Below, piece by piece: positions 1-9,978 of a DNA stretch of 38,478 nt. The number at the start of each line of letters is the position of its first letter. Positions within the stretch are counted from its first letter, which is position 1. The stretch lies in NCBI GenBank assembly GCA_041478145.1, contig JBGOVO010000003.1, positions 1 to 38,478 on the forward strand, in the 5' to 3' direction. This stretch comes from Candidatus Methylomirabilia bacterium. Its GTDB lineage: Bacteria; Methylomirabilota; Methylomirabilia; Rokubacteriales; CSP1-6. The notes under the pieces are model-generated. The model was not told where the DNA came from, made no database searches, and saw nothing but the letters and a program-made list of their open reading frames with translations. The translations under genes and the position numbers were made by a program.

Positions 1-1193
1 GCGACCGAGCCGCGGGCCGGCAGCCGCGGCACGAGCACGATCAGGAGGAGGCCGCCGATCAGAAGCGCGCCGACCTCGATCCACTGGACGAGGCGCGGCC
101 GCGAGAGCAGCGAGCCCTCGACCATGTTCTCGAGGAGCTGAGCGTGAATCTCGACGCCCGACATGCGATCGGCGACCGGCGTCGCCTGGTAGTCCGCAAG
201 CCCGAGCGCGGTCACCCCGATCAGCACCAGGCGATCCTTGAAGAGCCGGGGGTCCGCGCGACCCGCGAGCACGTCGGCGGCCGAGACGAAGCGGGTCGGA
301 TCCTGGCGCGTGTAGTGAATCCAGGCGCTGCCGTCCGGCGCGCTGGGAAGGACGAAGCCTCCGACGCGCACGGCCTCGATGCCGGAGGCGGCGACGCGCA
401 CGAGGAGCGGGGGCGCTCCTTCCGCGACGCGGAGCATCTCGACGCCGAGACTTGGAACCAGCGTGTCGGCCACCCGGGCCAGCAGGGGCGCCCGTCGGAC
501 CACACCCCGCTCCGGGTCCATGCTGGTCAGCCCGTGGCCGACCGCAGCGCGGTCGATCTCGTCCAGGCTCCGCAGCGCGGCCTCGAAACGGCGGACGAAC
601 GGCGCGGGATCACCCCCGATGGAGCGCACCGGAACCTGGCGCGCTGCCTCGGTCGCCTCCGGACCTCGGGTCTCGAGCCCGGCGATGCCCAGCACCACTC
701 GCCGCCCCCGCATCGCCTGGGCGAGAACGACATCGTTGCTTGGGAGGCTCGCGAGACGCTGCGCCACCTCGCGGTCCATGCCCGCGACCAGCTCCGGCAG
801 TCGGGCCGGCGACAGACGGTCGGGCTCCGGCATCAGGATATCGATGCCGATCGCGGCCGGCCGCGCGTCGGAGACGGTTCCGACGATCCGGGCAAGCCAG
901 GTACGCGGCCAGAGCCACTGGCCGTAGCGCTGCAAGCTTTCCTCGTCGATCGCGACGATCACCACGGGGCCGGCGCGGCGCACCCGCGGGACCAGGCTCT
1001 GGTAGGCGTCGAAGGACACCGACCGCAGCGCGCGGAGCCCCGGGACCTCCGGGATCAGCATGAGGACCACGAGGAGGGCGAGCAGCAGGACTCCGAGCGG
1101 CCGGCCCCGCCCGCCGCGGAGCACGCGGGCCCACTGCCGCTCCGCCCAGTGCGGCGGCGGGTCGGGGGGCCAGCGCGGGGGGTCGGCGCTCAG
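1..1193 (-). CDS. CHASE2-domain membrane sensor protein (partial; C-terminal output domain, e.g. cyclase or phosphatase, lies outside the window)
   Basis: Not in the ORF track because it runs off the edge. My minus-strand translation gives an N-terminal TM helix, then VVIVAIDEESLQRYGQWLWPR, IGIDILMPEPD, DRLVLIGVTALGL, TPVADRMSGVEIHAQLLEN (CHASE2 hallmarks) and further TM helices. Start uncertain: CTG at 1193 after GAGGGG, or a later GTG/ATG. Confidence 0.85.
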   Translation of the reverse strand, partial: MSADPPRWPPDPPPHWAERQWARVLRGGRGRPLGVLLLALLVVLMLIPEVPGLRALRSVSFDAYQSLVPRVRRAGPVVIVAIDEESLQRYGQWLWPRTWLARIVGTVSDARPAAIGIDILMPEPDRLSPARLPELVAGMDREVAQRLASLPSNDVVLAQAMRGRRVVLGIAGLETRGPEATEAARQVPVRSIGGDPAPFVRRFEAALRSLDEIDRAAVGHGLTSMDPERGVVRRAPLLARVADTLVPSLGVEMLRVAEGAPPLLVRVAASGIEAVRVGGFVLPSAPDGSAWIHYTRQDPTRFVSAADVLAGRADPRLFKDRLVLIGVTALGLADYQATPVADRMSGVEIHAQLLENMVEGSLLSRPRLVQWIEVGALLIGGLLLIVLVPRLPARGSV

Positions 1194-1203
1194 GTCCGTC
1201 CCC

Positions 1204-2160
1204 TCAGAGCGCGATCTCCAGGCCGTCGTAGGCGGCCCACACCTCCACCCGGTGGTCGCCGCGGGTGATCTCCTCGAGCCGCCGCGTCTCGGCCAGCAGG
1301 GTCGCGATGCGCTCGTCGTCGAAGATCGGCTCGTGGTGATAGAGGCAGAGCCGGCGCGCCCGCGCGAGCTGGCACAGCTCCACGCCCACCACGTTGCTCG
1401 AGTGCCCCCAGTCCTCCTTGACCGAGATGGAATCCGCCAGGGAGTACTGGGCGTCGAAGATCACCAGGTCGGCGTCGCGGAAGAACTCGACGAACGTCTT
1501 CATCTTCTCCGGATCGTCCTGCTTGTGCTCGGAGTCGGTGGAGTAGACGACCACCTTGCCGTGCCGCTCGAGGCGGTAGCCGTAGGAGTCGCCGCCGTGA
1601 TGCTGCAACTTGGCCCGGACGCGGAACCCTGCGATGTCGTAGTCGCGCTCCGGCTCCAGCCGGATGAACTCGATCCGCGCATTCATCCGAGAGAAATCCA
1701 CCGGGAACGAGGGCGCCGCATTCTGGCGACGGAAGGCCTCCTCGAGCGTGTCGTGGCAGCCGTAGATGCGCACGTGATTGCCGGGCAGGTAGGCGGGCAT
1801 GAAGAAGGGAAACCCCATGATGTGGTCCCAGTGCAGGTGCGACATGAACACGTGGAAACGGTGGCCGGCGGGCCCCCGCGTGGCCAGCACGCTGTTGCCG
1901 AGCACCCGCGCCCCGCTGCCGAGGTCGCACAGCACGTAGTCCTCTTCGCCGGTGTCGATCTGCACGCACGAGGAGTTGCCGCCGAAGGTGTGGGAGACCG
2001 AGAAGTCCAGCTCCTGCTCGACGAAGGCGCGCGCCTTGCCCGTGGTGTCGAGCCCGCGCCCGGCTCCCTGGACCAGCGCGGTGACGAGCTTGCGCTTCAC
2101 CTCGGCCGAGGACATGGCGACCGGGATCGAGCCGCGGGTGCCCCAGAAGCGGACGAGCAT
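1204..2160 (-). CDS. MBL-fold metallo-hydrolase (phosphodiesterase-like)
   Basis: N-terminal FWGTRGSIP, GGNSSC, HLHWDH metal motif, DAQY, WGHSS, YHHEP. Confidence 0.9.
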   Translation of the reverse strand: MLVRFWGTRGSIPVAMSSAEVKRKLVTALVQGAGRGLDTTGKARAFVEQELDFSVSHTFGGNSSCVQIDTGEEDYVLCDLGSGARVLGNSVLATRGPAGHRFHVFMSHLHWDHIMGFPFFMPAYLPGNHVRIYGCHDTLEEAFRRQNAAPSFPVDFSRMNARIEFIRLEPERDYDIAGFRVRAKLQHHGGDSYGYRLERHGKVVVYSTDSEHKQDDPEKMKTFVEFFRDADLVIFDAQYSLADSISVKEDWGHSSNVVGVELCQLARARRLCLYHHEPIFDDERIATLLAETRRLEEITRGDHRVEVWAAYDGLEIAL

Positions 2161-2170
2161 GGGATCGCCT

Positions 2171-2545
2171 TCAGGCTCCGTCGAAGGCGGCCAGCCCGGG
2201 CGGCGAGAGCTTGGCCAGCGCCTCGCGCAGGGTGGGGAACACCTCGAGGACCAGATTGAACCGGCTGATCTCGAAGATCTCGCGCACCACCGGCTGGAGA
2301 TCGGTCACCGCGAGCGCTCCCCCCTGGGCCTTCGCCTGCTTGGACGCGAGGATGAGCACGCGCAGGCCCACGCTGCTGATGTACTCCACGCCGGCCAGGT
2401 CGAGGACGACGCGATCGCGTCCCGCCGCGCACGCGGCCAGGTGGGGCTGGAGCGCGGCCTTGAACCCCTCCGCGGTGGCGTGGTCGATGCGCCCCGCGGG
2501 GAAGAGCGCCACCGTGTCGGCGAAGCGCTTCGCGGCCAGCTCCAT
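2171..2545 (-). CDS. STAS-domain anti-sigma factor antagonist
   Basis: GRIDH...VVLDLAGVEYISSVGLRVL...VREIFEISRF. ATG 2545 follows GGGGAG RBS. Confidence 0.9.
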   Translation of the reverse strand: MELAAKRFADTVALFPAGRIDHATAEGFKAALQPHLAACAAGRDRVVLDLAGVEYISSVGLRVLILASKQAKAQGGALAVTDLQPVVREIFEISRFNLVLEVFPTLREALAKLSPPGLAAFDGA

Positions 2546-2586
2546 GTCCACTCCCCAGGCGTCGAATCGGTCGGAATCGGGGGCCG

Positions 2587-2595
2587 ATTCTACCA
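2587..2595 (-). promoter_or_regulatory. Extended -10 promoter for the STAS operon
   Basis: TGGTAGAAT on the minus strand about 40 nt upstream of the STAS ATG. Confidence 0.5.
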
Positions 2596-2644
2596 CCGAG
2601 GGGCGCTTGGGGCACAGTGGGACCTCGGCGATTCCGCCCGTCGG

Positions 2645-2673
2645 TTGACTCCCCGCTCCGCCCGGGCTAGCCT
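2645..2673 (+). promoter_or_regulatory. sigma70-type promoter
   Basis: TTGACT-17bp-TAGCCT upstream of GTG 2709. Confidence 0.6.
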
Positions 2674-2708
2674 CAGGCCGTCACGCCAGCCCGCACCCCG
2701 GAGGCCCC

Positions 2709-3984
2709 GTGCACGATCTCGTCATCGACAACGCCCGTCTCATCGATGGTCTCGGCACTCGCGCGCGCGACGGCAGCCTCGCGGTCACGGACGGGCGCAT
2801 CGCGGCCGTCAGCGACGACCGCGGCGGCGCCGATCTTGGCTCCGCCCGCGCGCGCGTCGACGCGCAGGGTCTGGTCCTGGCCCCCGGCATCGTGGACCTG
2901 CACACCCACTACGACGCGCAGCTCACCTGGGATCCGTACGCCACGCCCTCGACCGCCCTCGGCGTGACCACCGTGGTGATCGGCAACTGCGGCTTCACGA
3001 TCGCGCCCTGCCATCCCGCGCATCGCGACCTCATCGTCAGGAACCTGACCCACGTGGAGGGCATGTCGCTCGAGGCGATGCGGGCGGGCATCCAGTGGGA
3101 CTTCGAGGCTACCCGGAGTACCTGGGCTCGCTCGAGCGCCGCGGGCTCGTGCCCAACGTGGCCTCGTTCGTGGGCCACTCGTCGGTGCGCACCTACGTGC
3201 TCGGCGAGGAGGCCAGCCAGCGGAAAGCCACCGACGCCGAGATCGCGGAGATGCGGCGCATCGTGCTGGAGGCGCTGCGGGCGGGCGCCGTCGGCTTCGC
3301 CACCTCGACCCTCGAGCAGCACAACGGCGAGAACGGCATCCCGATGCCCTCGCGCCTGGCCGACGAGCGCGAGATGGCCGCGCTGACCGGCGCCCTGGGC
3401 GAGGCGGGCCGCGGCATCTTCATGCTCACCAAGGGCATGACCTCCACGGTACCGTGGCTCGAGGGAATCGCGGCGGCGAACCGCCGCCCCGTGATGATCG
3501 CGGCGATGTTCGTGGACCCGGGCGATCCGACTCGCGTGTTCCGCGAGCCCGCCGAGATCGAGGCCGCGCGCGCCCGCGGGCGCGAGCTCTGGGCGCAGGT
3601 CGGCTGCTTCCCGCTCGGCATGGAGTTCACGCTGCGCCACCCCTACCCGCTCGAGGCGTTTCTCTCCTGGCGCCCCGCGATCGTGGCCCAGAGCGAGGCG
3701 GCCTACCGCGCCGCGCTCGCCGATCCCTCCTTCCGCGCCGCGCTCAAGAAGGAGATCATCCAGCCCGGCGTGCCGAACCGCTTCAGCGACAAGAACTGGG
3801 AGCACCTGACCATCGCGGAGGTGACGCGGCCCGAGCACCGGGATCTCGAGGGCAAGACCATCGGGGCGCTGGCGCGCGAGCGCGGCCAGCATCCCTGGGA
3901 TACGGGATGCGGACCGTGGGCGAGCGGGGAGTGGTGAAGGACTGCGGCCGGCCCGGCCGCCTGCTCCGCGACTTCGCGCCCTGA
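2709..3984 (+). pseudogene. N-acyl-D-amino-acid deacylase / amidohydrolase, frameshifted and internally deleted
   Basis: APGIVDLHTHYD, GVTTVVIGNCG in frame 1. One base is missing near 3108 (WDFE|YPEYL continues in another frame). After HPWDT (~3903) the sequence jumps to a C-terminal tail (...GRPGRLLRDFAP*) in a different frame. Confidence 0.8.
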
Positions 3985-4024
3985 CGCCTCCCGGGCGCCC
4001 CGGCCGGCCCGCTTCAAATTATGG

Positions 4025-4055
4025 TTGACATCCCTCCGTAGTTAGGGTTACCTAA
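4025..4055 (+). promoter_or_regulatory. Promoter (-35 TTGACA) overlapped by a DtxR/IdeR-like iron box
   Basis: TTGACA 4025-4030. GTTAGGGTTACCTAA 4041-4055 resembles the DtxR/IdeR consensus TTAGGTTAGGCTAACCTAA and covers the expected -10 position. Confidence 0.6.
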
Positions 4056-4132
4056 TGCCGCCCTGCTAGCCAGCTCCCGGCGCAGCGACCTACGCGAGCC
4101 AGCCCGGCCAACTCATCTCTCGGGAGGCATGC

Positions 4133-6322
4133 ATGGGTCGCCGTCGGTCATTCATCAGACACATCGCGCGCGCCAGGCGCCGCGGTCTCGCTCTCAACCG
4201 TGTGGTCGGTTCCACCGTCGGGATGAGCCTCGCGCTCGCCGCCTCGAGCGCGTGGGCGCAGACCCCGGCTCCCGCCGAGCCGAAGGGCTCCAAGGACGAC
4301 GTGGCCCTGCCGGGCGTTGACGTCCGGGGCCAGCGCAACCAGTACAAGATCGAGGAGCCGGGGCTCTTCAAGCTGCCGGACCCGATCAAGGACACCCCGC
4401 AGTCCATCACGGTCATCCCCGAGCAGGTGCTCGACGAGCGCGCGCTCTTCACCCTGCGCGACGCGCTGCGCACCGTGCCCGGCATCAGCCTGGCCGCGGG
4501 CGAGGGGGGCGGGCGCCAGGGCGACAACCTCACCCTGCGCGGCTTCCCGGCCGGCAACGACATCTACATCGACGGGGTGCGCGACCTGGGGCAGTACTCC
4601 CGCGACACCTTCAACCTCGAGTCGGTCGAGGTCCTCAAGGGGCCCTCCTCGGTCCTGTTTGGCCGCGGCTCGACGGGCGGCATCATCAACCAGGTCAGCA
4701 AGTCGCCGAAGCTCGCTCCGTTTTACGAGGTCAGCGGCACCGTCGGCAGCGGGCCGCAGGGGCGCGCCACGCTCGACTTCAACCAGCCCTTCGGCGGCTC
4801 GGCCGCGCTGCGGCTGAACCTGATGGGCTTCAAGGGCGACACCCCGGGGCGCGACCTGGTCACGAGCGAGCGCTGGGGCGTGGCCCCGGCGTTCGGCATC
4901 GGGCTCAACGGCCCGACCCGCCTGATCGTGAGCTACTTCTACCAGGGGGACGACAACCTGCGGGACTACGGCCTGCCGTATCTCCGCGGCGGCCCGGCCA
5001 AGGTCGACACCGAGAACTTCTACGGGCTGCCCCAGCGGGACTACGAGCACGACGACGTCCACATCGGCACGATCCGTCTCGAGCACGACTTCAACGAGAA
5101 CATCCGCTTCCGTAGCACCCTGCGCTTCGCCCTGATCGACCGCGGCTCGCTCGTCTCCATCCCGGCCATCGTGGGGACGCCCGGACCGGCCGTGCCCCTC
5201 GGCGCCATCCAGGTCTCGCGCACCGGCACCCAGCGGTCCCAGGTGGACACGAGCGTCCTCAACACCACCGAGGTGGTCGCGAAGTTCGACACGTGGCGGT
5301 TCAAGCACACGCTGGTCGCCGGGTTCGATGCGTCCCGCGAGAACTCGGACGTGAGGCGCTACACGTTCACCGGCGTGCCCAACACCGAGCTGGTCAACCC
5401 GAACCCGGACCCGAATCTCTCCGCGATGGGCCGGGTGAAGAACTTCGACGGCACCTCGGGCGCCACCTCGGTCGGCGTCTACGCGGTGGACGAGATGGCC
5501 ATCACCGAGCAGTGGAAGATCATGGGCGGGCTCCGCTACGACCTCTTCGACGCGGATTTCCGCAACATGTTCCTGGGGCAGAAGCTCTCGCGCACCGACG
5601 AGGCCCTGAGCCCGCGCGCCGCCCTCGTATTCCTGCCCACCAAGATCCAGACCTATTACTTCTCCTACGGCACCTCGTTCAACCCCTCCGCCGAGGCGCT
5701 CGTGCTCGCGCTCAACAACGCGGGCACCGAGCCCGAGAAGAACGAGACCTTCGAGCTGGGCGCCAAGTGGGACCTGCTCGGCGGGGCCCTCGGCATCCGC
5801 ACCGCCTTCTTCCGGACCTACAAGAACAACGCGCGCACCACCGATCCGGTACTGGGCATCCAGGTGACCGACGGCAAGCAGCGCGTGCAGGGCGCCGAGC
5901 TCGAGGTGGTGGGGCGGGTCCTGCCCGGCTGGAACGTCTGGCTGAGCTACGCCTACCTCGACTCCCGGGTCCTCGAGTCCATGGACATCCAGAACGGGGT
6001 CCCGGTCCAGGGCAAGCGCCTCGCCAACGTACCGGAGCACTCGGCGAGCCTGTGGACCACCTACGACTTCAACCCCCAGTGGCAGGTGGGCGGCGGCGCG
6101 GTGTTCGTGGACAAGCGCTACGCCAACACCGACAACCTGAACGTGGTGCCATCGTACGTGCGGGGCGACATGACGGTGGCCTACCGGCCGATCAAGCCGC
6201 TCGAGCTGCGCTTCAACGTCATCAACATCTCCGACGAGCGGTACTTCGACGCCATCCACCCGAGCCACGTCATCCCGGGGAACGCGCGCACCTTCCTGCT
6301 CACCGGAACCTGGAGGTTCTAG
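4133..6322 (+). CDS. TonB-dependent siderophore receptor (Fiu/PiuA-like)
   Basis: Signal peptide; plug motifs [41 protein letters not shown]; beta-barrel; C-terminal aromatic WRF. Confidence 0.95.
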   Translation: MGRRRSFIRHIARARRRGLALNRVVGSTVGMSLALAASSAWAQTPAPAEPKGSKDDVALPGVDVRGQRNQYKIEEPGLFKLPDPIKDTPQSITVIPEQVLDERALFTLRDALRTVPGISLAAGEGGGRQGDNLTLRGFPAGNDIYIDGVRDLGQYSRDTFNLESVEVLKGPSSVLFGRGSTGGIINQVSKSPKLAPFYEVSGTVGSGPQGRATLDFNQPFGGSAALRLNLMGFKGDTPGRDLVTSERWGVAPAFGIGLNGPTRLIVSYFYQGDDNLRDYGLPYLRGGPAKVDTENFYGLPQRDYEHDDVHIGTIRLEHDFNENIRFRSTLRFALIDRGSLVSIPAIVGTPGPAVPLGAIQVSRTGTQRSQVDTSVLNTTEVVAKFDTWRFKHTLVAGFDASRENSDVRRYTFTGVPNTELVNPNPDPNLSAMGRVKNFDGTSGATSVGVYAVDEMAITEQWKIMGGLRYDLFDADFRNMFLGQKLSRTDEALSPRAALVFLPTKIQTYYFSYGTSFNPSAEALVLALNNAGTEPEKNETFELGAKWDLLGGALGIRTAFFRTYKNNARTTDPVLGIQVTDGKQRVQGAELEVVGRVLPGWNVWLSYAYLDSRVLESMDIQNGVPVQGKRLANVPEHSASLWTTYDFNPQWQVGGGAVFVDKRYANTDNLNVVPSYVRGDMTVAYRPIKPLELRFNVINISDERYFDAIHPSHVIPGNARTFLLTGTWRF

Positions 6323-6330
6323 GCCGCGCG

Positions 6331-7011
6331 ATGCTCCTGCACATCCCCAGGGTCCTGACCGAGTCGCAGGTGGCGCGCGGCCGCGCGCTCCTGGAGGACG
6401 CCAAGTGGGTGGACGGACGGACCACCGCCGGCCACCTCTCGGCTCGGGCCAAGCACAACCTGCAGGTGGCGGAGGGCACGCCGGAGGCGCGCGAGATGGG
6501 CGAGGTCATCGTGACCGCGCTCGAGCGCACGCCGCTGTTCATGTCCGCCGCGCTGCCCCTGCGGGTCTTCCCGCCCCTCTTCAACCGCTACGAGGCCGGC
6601 ATGGCCTTCGGGGCGCACGTGGACAACGCCATCCGGCAGGTGGCGGGCGGCCCGCTCCGCGTGCGCACCGACCTGTCGGCGACGCTCTTCCTGAGCCGCC
6701 CCGAGGAGTACGACGGCGGCGAGCTGGTGGTCGACGACACCTACGGCGCCCACTCGGTCAAGCTGCCGGCCGGCGACATGATCCTCTACCCGGCCACGAG
6801 CCTGCACCGGGTGCAGCCGGTGACCCGCGGCGCCCGGCTCGCGTCCATCTTCTGGGTGCAGAGCATGGTGCGCGACGATGGGAAGCGCTCGCTGCTCTTC
6901 GATCTGGACATGGCCATCAGCCAGGTGACCGAGACCCAGCCCGACAATCCGGGCGCGGTCGCGCTCACCGGCTGCTACCACAACCTCCTGCGCCGCTGGG
7001 CGGACGCCTGA
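6331..7011 (+). CDS. piuC: PKHD-type Fe(II)/2-oxoglutarate hydroxylase (PiuC/YbiX)
   Basis: [57 protein letters not shown]. Confidence 0.93.
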   Translation: MLLHIPRVLTESQVARGRALLEDAKWVDGRTTAGHLSARAKHNLQVAEGTPEAREMGEVIVTALERTPLFMSAALPLRVFPPLFNRYEAGMAFGAHVDNAIRQVAGGPLRVRTDLSATLFLSRPEEYDGGELVVDDTYGAHSVKLPAGDMILYPATSLHRVQPVTRGARLASIFWVQSMVRDDGKRSLLFDLDMAISQVTETQPDNPGAVALTGCYHNLLRRWADA

Positions 7012-7022
7012 GGAGACGCGCG

Positions 7023-7763
7023 ATGACCGACGGGCGACTCACGGGCTGGCCGATCTGGATCTCCCTCGGCGCGCACGTGGTGGGCCTCGCCACCGCGTCC
7101 TCGGTGGTGGCGCTCGCGCCCCACGAGACGGAGCGCGTGCTCGTGCCCGTCGAGATAGTCCGGGTGGAGCCGCCGGCGCCGCCCGAGAAGCCGAAGCTGT
7201 CGCGTCTCATCTCGCGGCTGAGCCGCGCCGTTCGCCCCGCCCCGACGACGCAGACGCTGCTGCAGGATCCGACCCCGCGGCCCGAGCCCGCGCCCGAGCC
7301 GGAGACCGCCTCGCCCGAGCGCCGCTACATGGCCTCGGCCGAGGTGCCCGGCCCCGCGCTGCCCATCCCGGGCCCGGCCGGAGCGGGCGGCCTGTTGCTC
7401 CCCTCGCCCGAGATCCCCGGCGCGCCGAGTGGCAGTGGGCGCGTCGGCACCGGGGTGGCCCGTAGCGGCGGCGAGGGCGTCACGTCGTTCGCCCGCCCGC
7501 TGGGCGGCTATCAAACCACCCCTCACTACCCGGAGGCCGCGCGACGCGAAGGCGTCGAGGGCACGGTCACCCTTCGGTTCGAAGTGCTCACGAGCGGAAA
7601 GGTCGGCGCCGTGCAGGTGCAGCGCTCCGCGGGGCGCGCCGACATGGACCGCGCCGCCGTCGAAGCGATCCGGACCTGGCTCTTCGAGCCCGCCCGCCGT
7701 GGAAAGGAGGCAGTCGCCCTATGGGTCACCTTACCGGTACGCTTCGAGCTGAACGCCCGCTGA
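7023..7763 (+). CDS. tonB: Energy transducer TonB
   Basis: N-terminal TM with SxxxH, Pro-rich linker, C-terminal PHYPEAARREGVEGTV...DRAAVEAIRTWLFEPA...VTLPVRFEL. Confidence 0.9.
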   Translation: MTDGRLTGWPIWISLGAHVVGLATASSVVALAPHETERVLVPVEIVRVEPPAPPEKPKLSRLISRLSRAVRPAPTTQTLLQDPTPRPEPAPEPETASPERRYMASAEVPGPALPIPGPAGAGGLLLPSPEIPGAPSGSGRVGTGVARSGGEGVTSFARPLGGYQTTPHYPEAARREGVEGTVTLRFEVLTSGKVGAVQVQRSAGRADMDRAAVEAIRTWLFEPARRGKEAVALWVTLPVRFELNAR

Positions 7764-8611
7764 GCCGGACGCGCTCGCCGCGAATCCCCCGCGGCCATCG
7801 CTGGACCGCGGTGGGCCTCGCGTTCTGCGCCATCGCCACCACCGGAACCGCCGGCGCCCAGGGCATCTGGGACGATCCCGCTTTCTCCCTCTACCGCCAG
7901 GCCGTCGAGGCCATGGACAAGAAGGACTACGCTCGGGCCAGCGAGCTGAGTGGGCAGGCCATCGCCCAGCAGCCGACTCACGTGCTCGCCTACTACCTGC
8001 GCGGCCAGGCCGCCATGTTCCAGTCGCGCTGGGACGACGCGGCCACCGCGTTCGGCAAGGTGGTGGAGCTCTACCCCACCTCGTTCGCGGGGCACCGCGA
8101 TCTGGGCGGCGCCTACGAGCAGCTCACCCGGGTGGACGACGCCGCGCGCGAATACGAGGCGGCCATCGCGCTCCGCGACCAGGACGACCTGCGCGTGCGC
8201 CTCGCCTTCATGCTGCTCAAGGCCAACCAGCAACCGCGCGCCCTGACCCACCTGCAGGCCCTGGCCGACCGCGGCTCGAAGGCCCCCGAGGTGTGGAGCG
8301 CCCTCGCCCGCGTGGCCTACGAGAAGAGCGACCTGCCCGCCGCCGAGAAGAACTTCACCCGCGCGACCGCCCTGCGCGACGACGGGCGCACGTGGTTCAA
8401 CCTGGGCGTGGTCCGCACGCGTCTCAACGACCTGCCCGGCGCGCTCCAGGCCTTCGAGAAGGCGGCCCAGCACAGCGAGACGCGGGAGCCCGCGCAGAAG
8501 GAAGTGGCCAAGGTCCGCGAGGCGATGAAGCAGCCGACCACCGGGGCCGCTCCCGACCGCGTGATGCCGGGCAGCGCGCCGGGGCAGCCGGTACCGAGCC
8601 GCCGCTACTAG
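7760..8611 (+). CDS. Secreted tetratricopeptide-repeat protein
   Basis: Signal peptide ending AGAQ, multiple TPRs (AYYLRGQA, HRDLGGAY, WFNLGVV). Start uncertain: CTG 7760 overlapping the tonB stop, ATG 7721 or GTG 7811. Confidence 0.8.
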   Translation: MSRTRSPRIPRGHRWTAVGLAFCAIATTGTAGAQGIWDDPAFSLYRQAVEAMDKKDYARASELSGQAIAQQPTHVLAYYLRGQAAMFQSRWDDAATAFGKVVELYPTSFAGHRDLGGAYEQLTRVDDAAREYEAAIALRDQDDLRVRLAFMLLKANQQPRALTHLQALADRGSKAPEVWSALARVAYEKSDLPAAEKNFTRATALRDDGRTWFNLGVVRTRLNDLPGALQAFEKAAQHSETREPAQKEVAKVREAMKQPTTGAAPDRVMPGSAPGQPVPSRRY

Positions 8612-8619
8612 GCGCGGCC

Positions 8620-9837
8620 GTGTCGCTCCGCACGCTCGTCTTCTGGCTGCACCTGCTGGTGGGCGTGACCGCCGGCGCGGTGATCCTGTTCATGTCGGTG
8701 ACGGGCGTGCTGCTCGCCTTCGAGCCGCAGATCACCGAGTGGCTGGAGCGCGACCGGCGGGTGGTCACGCCTCCGCCGGACGCCCAGCGGCTCACCGTGG
8801 TGGTCCTGCTCGCGAGGGCGCGGGAGGCGCGCCCCGACGTGCGGCCCACCATCGTGACCCTGCGCTCCGACCCGACCGCCTCCGCGGTGGTGAGCTTCGG
8901 CCGTGACGGCGGCGCGCTCTTCGTGGATCCCTATCGCGGCACGGTGCTGGGCGGCCTCTCGCCCGGGCACGACTTCCTCCACGAGGTGGTGGAGTGGCAC
9001 CGATGGCTCGGCTCGCGCGAGATCGGTCAGCCGATCACCGGCGCCGCCAACCTTGGGTTTCTCGGCCTGGTCGTCTTCGGCGTCTTCCTCTGGTGGCCGC
9101 GCCGATGGACGCGCGAGGCCCTCCGTCAGGTCACGCGGTTCAACCCGCGGCTCAGCGGGCGCGCGCGCGACTTCAACTGGCACAACGTGATCGGCATCTG
9201 GTGCGCGCCCGTGCTCCTGATCCTGACGCTCACCGGGCTCGTCATGTCCTACCCGTGGGCGAACAATCTCCTCTACACGCTGACCGGCAACGAGCCGCCC
9301 CCGCCGCAGGCGGGCCCCGCCGAGCGCCCGGCCCAGGGGGCGGCGCGCGAGAGCCAGCGCCCGGGCGAGCGGCGCCCGCGCCCGCCTTCCGAGACGGGCC
9401 GCGCGTCGGTGAGCCTCGACGTGTTGTGGGCGCGGGCGGAGCGGCAGGTGTCGGGCTGGGTGCTGATCAGCCTCCGCATGCCCCCGCGGCCCGACGGACC
9501 GGTCACCTTCATCATCCAGGAGCCGGTGTCCTGGCATCCCGCGCCACGCTCGCAGCTCACGCTCGATCCGTCCACCGGCGCGATCGTCAAGTGGGAGCCC
9601 TTCGCCGGTCAGAATCTCGGGCGCCGGCTTCGCAGCTGGGTGCGCCCGCTCCACACGGGCGAGGCCGGCGGGGTCCCCGGCCAGGCCATTGCCCTGGTGG
9701 CCTCTGCTGGCGGCACCGTGCTCGTGTGGACCGGGATCGCGCTGGCGTGGCGGCGATTCGGCGGCTGGCGTCGGCGGACGGTCCCGGCGGAGCCGGCGCT
9801 GGCCGGCCACCCGGAGCAAGAAGTGTCAGCTGACTGA
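8620..9837 (+). CDS. PepSY-associated TM helix protein (PiuB-like, putative ferric-siderophore reductase)
   Basis: FWLHLLVG, SVTGVLL, FVDPYRG, WHRWL, FNWHNVIG, LTGLVMSY, RPLHTGE; His-bearing TM helices. Confidence 0.9.
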   Translation: MSLRTLVFWLHLLVGVTAGAVILFMSVTGVLLAFEPQITEWLERDRRVVTPPPDAQRLTVVVLLARAREARPDVRPTIVTLRSDPTASAVVSFGRDGGALFVDPYRGTVLGGLSPGHDFLHEVVEWHRWLGSREIGQPITGAANLGFLGLVVFGVFLWWPRRWTREALRQVTRFNPRLSGRARDFNWHNVIGIWCAPVLLILTLTGLVMSYPWANNLLYTLTGNEPPPPQAGPAERPAQGAARESQRPGERRPRPPSETGRASVSLDVLWARAERQVSGWVLISLRMPPRPDGPVTFIIQEPVSWHPAPRSQLTLDPSTGAIVKWEPFAGQNLGRRLRSWVRPLHTGEAGGVPGQAIALVASAGGTVLVWTGIALAWRRFGGWRRRTVPAEPALAGHPEQEVSAD

Positions 9838-9911
9838 CACACCCAGCCACGCGCGGCGCCAATAGCGTCGCGTCTCTTCAATCTTTCCAGCCTGTTAGTC
9901 CTCAATATCGA

Positions 9912-9927
9912 TGGCAATCCGTTTGCA
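9912..9927 (+). promoter_or_regulatory. sigma54 (-24/-12) promoter
   Basis: TGGCAATCCGTTTGCA (GG-N10-GC) with an AT-richer upstream segment, about 50 nt before ATG 9979. Confidence 0.75.
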
Positions 9928-9978
9928 CACTCCCCGGCTGGTCCGGGCACCGCCCGACCAATCGAGAGGAGGCTCCGC

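Noticed and set aside
144-1268. Long + strand ORF (374 aa) and other long antisense or alternate-frame ORFs (e.g. 4148-6268 -, 11403-13262 -, 32297-33982 +, 36604-38037 +)
   Set aside because: Shadow ORFs typical of high-GC DNA; they overlap well-supported genes and lack motifs.
1952-3937. 661-aa ORF as a single gene
   Set aside because: Only the part after about 3108 is real (second half of the frameshifted aminoacylase); the rest is antisense to the MBL/STAS genes or off-frame.
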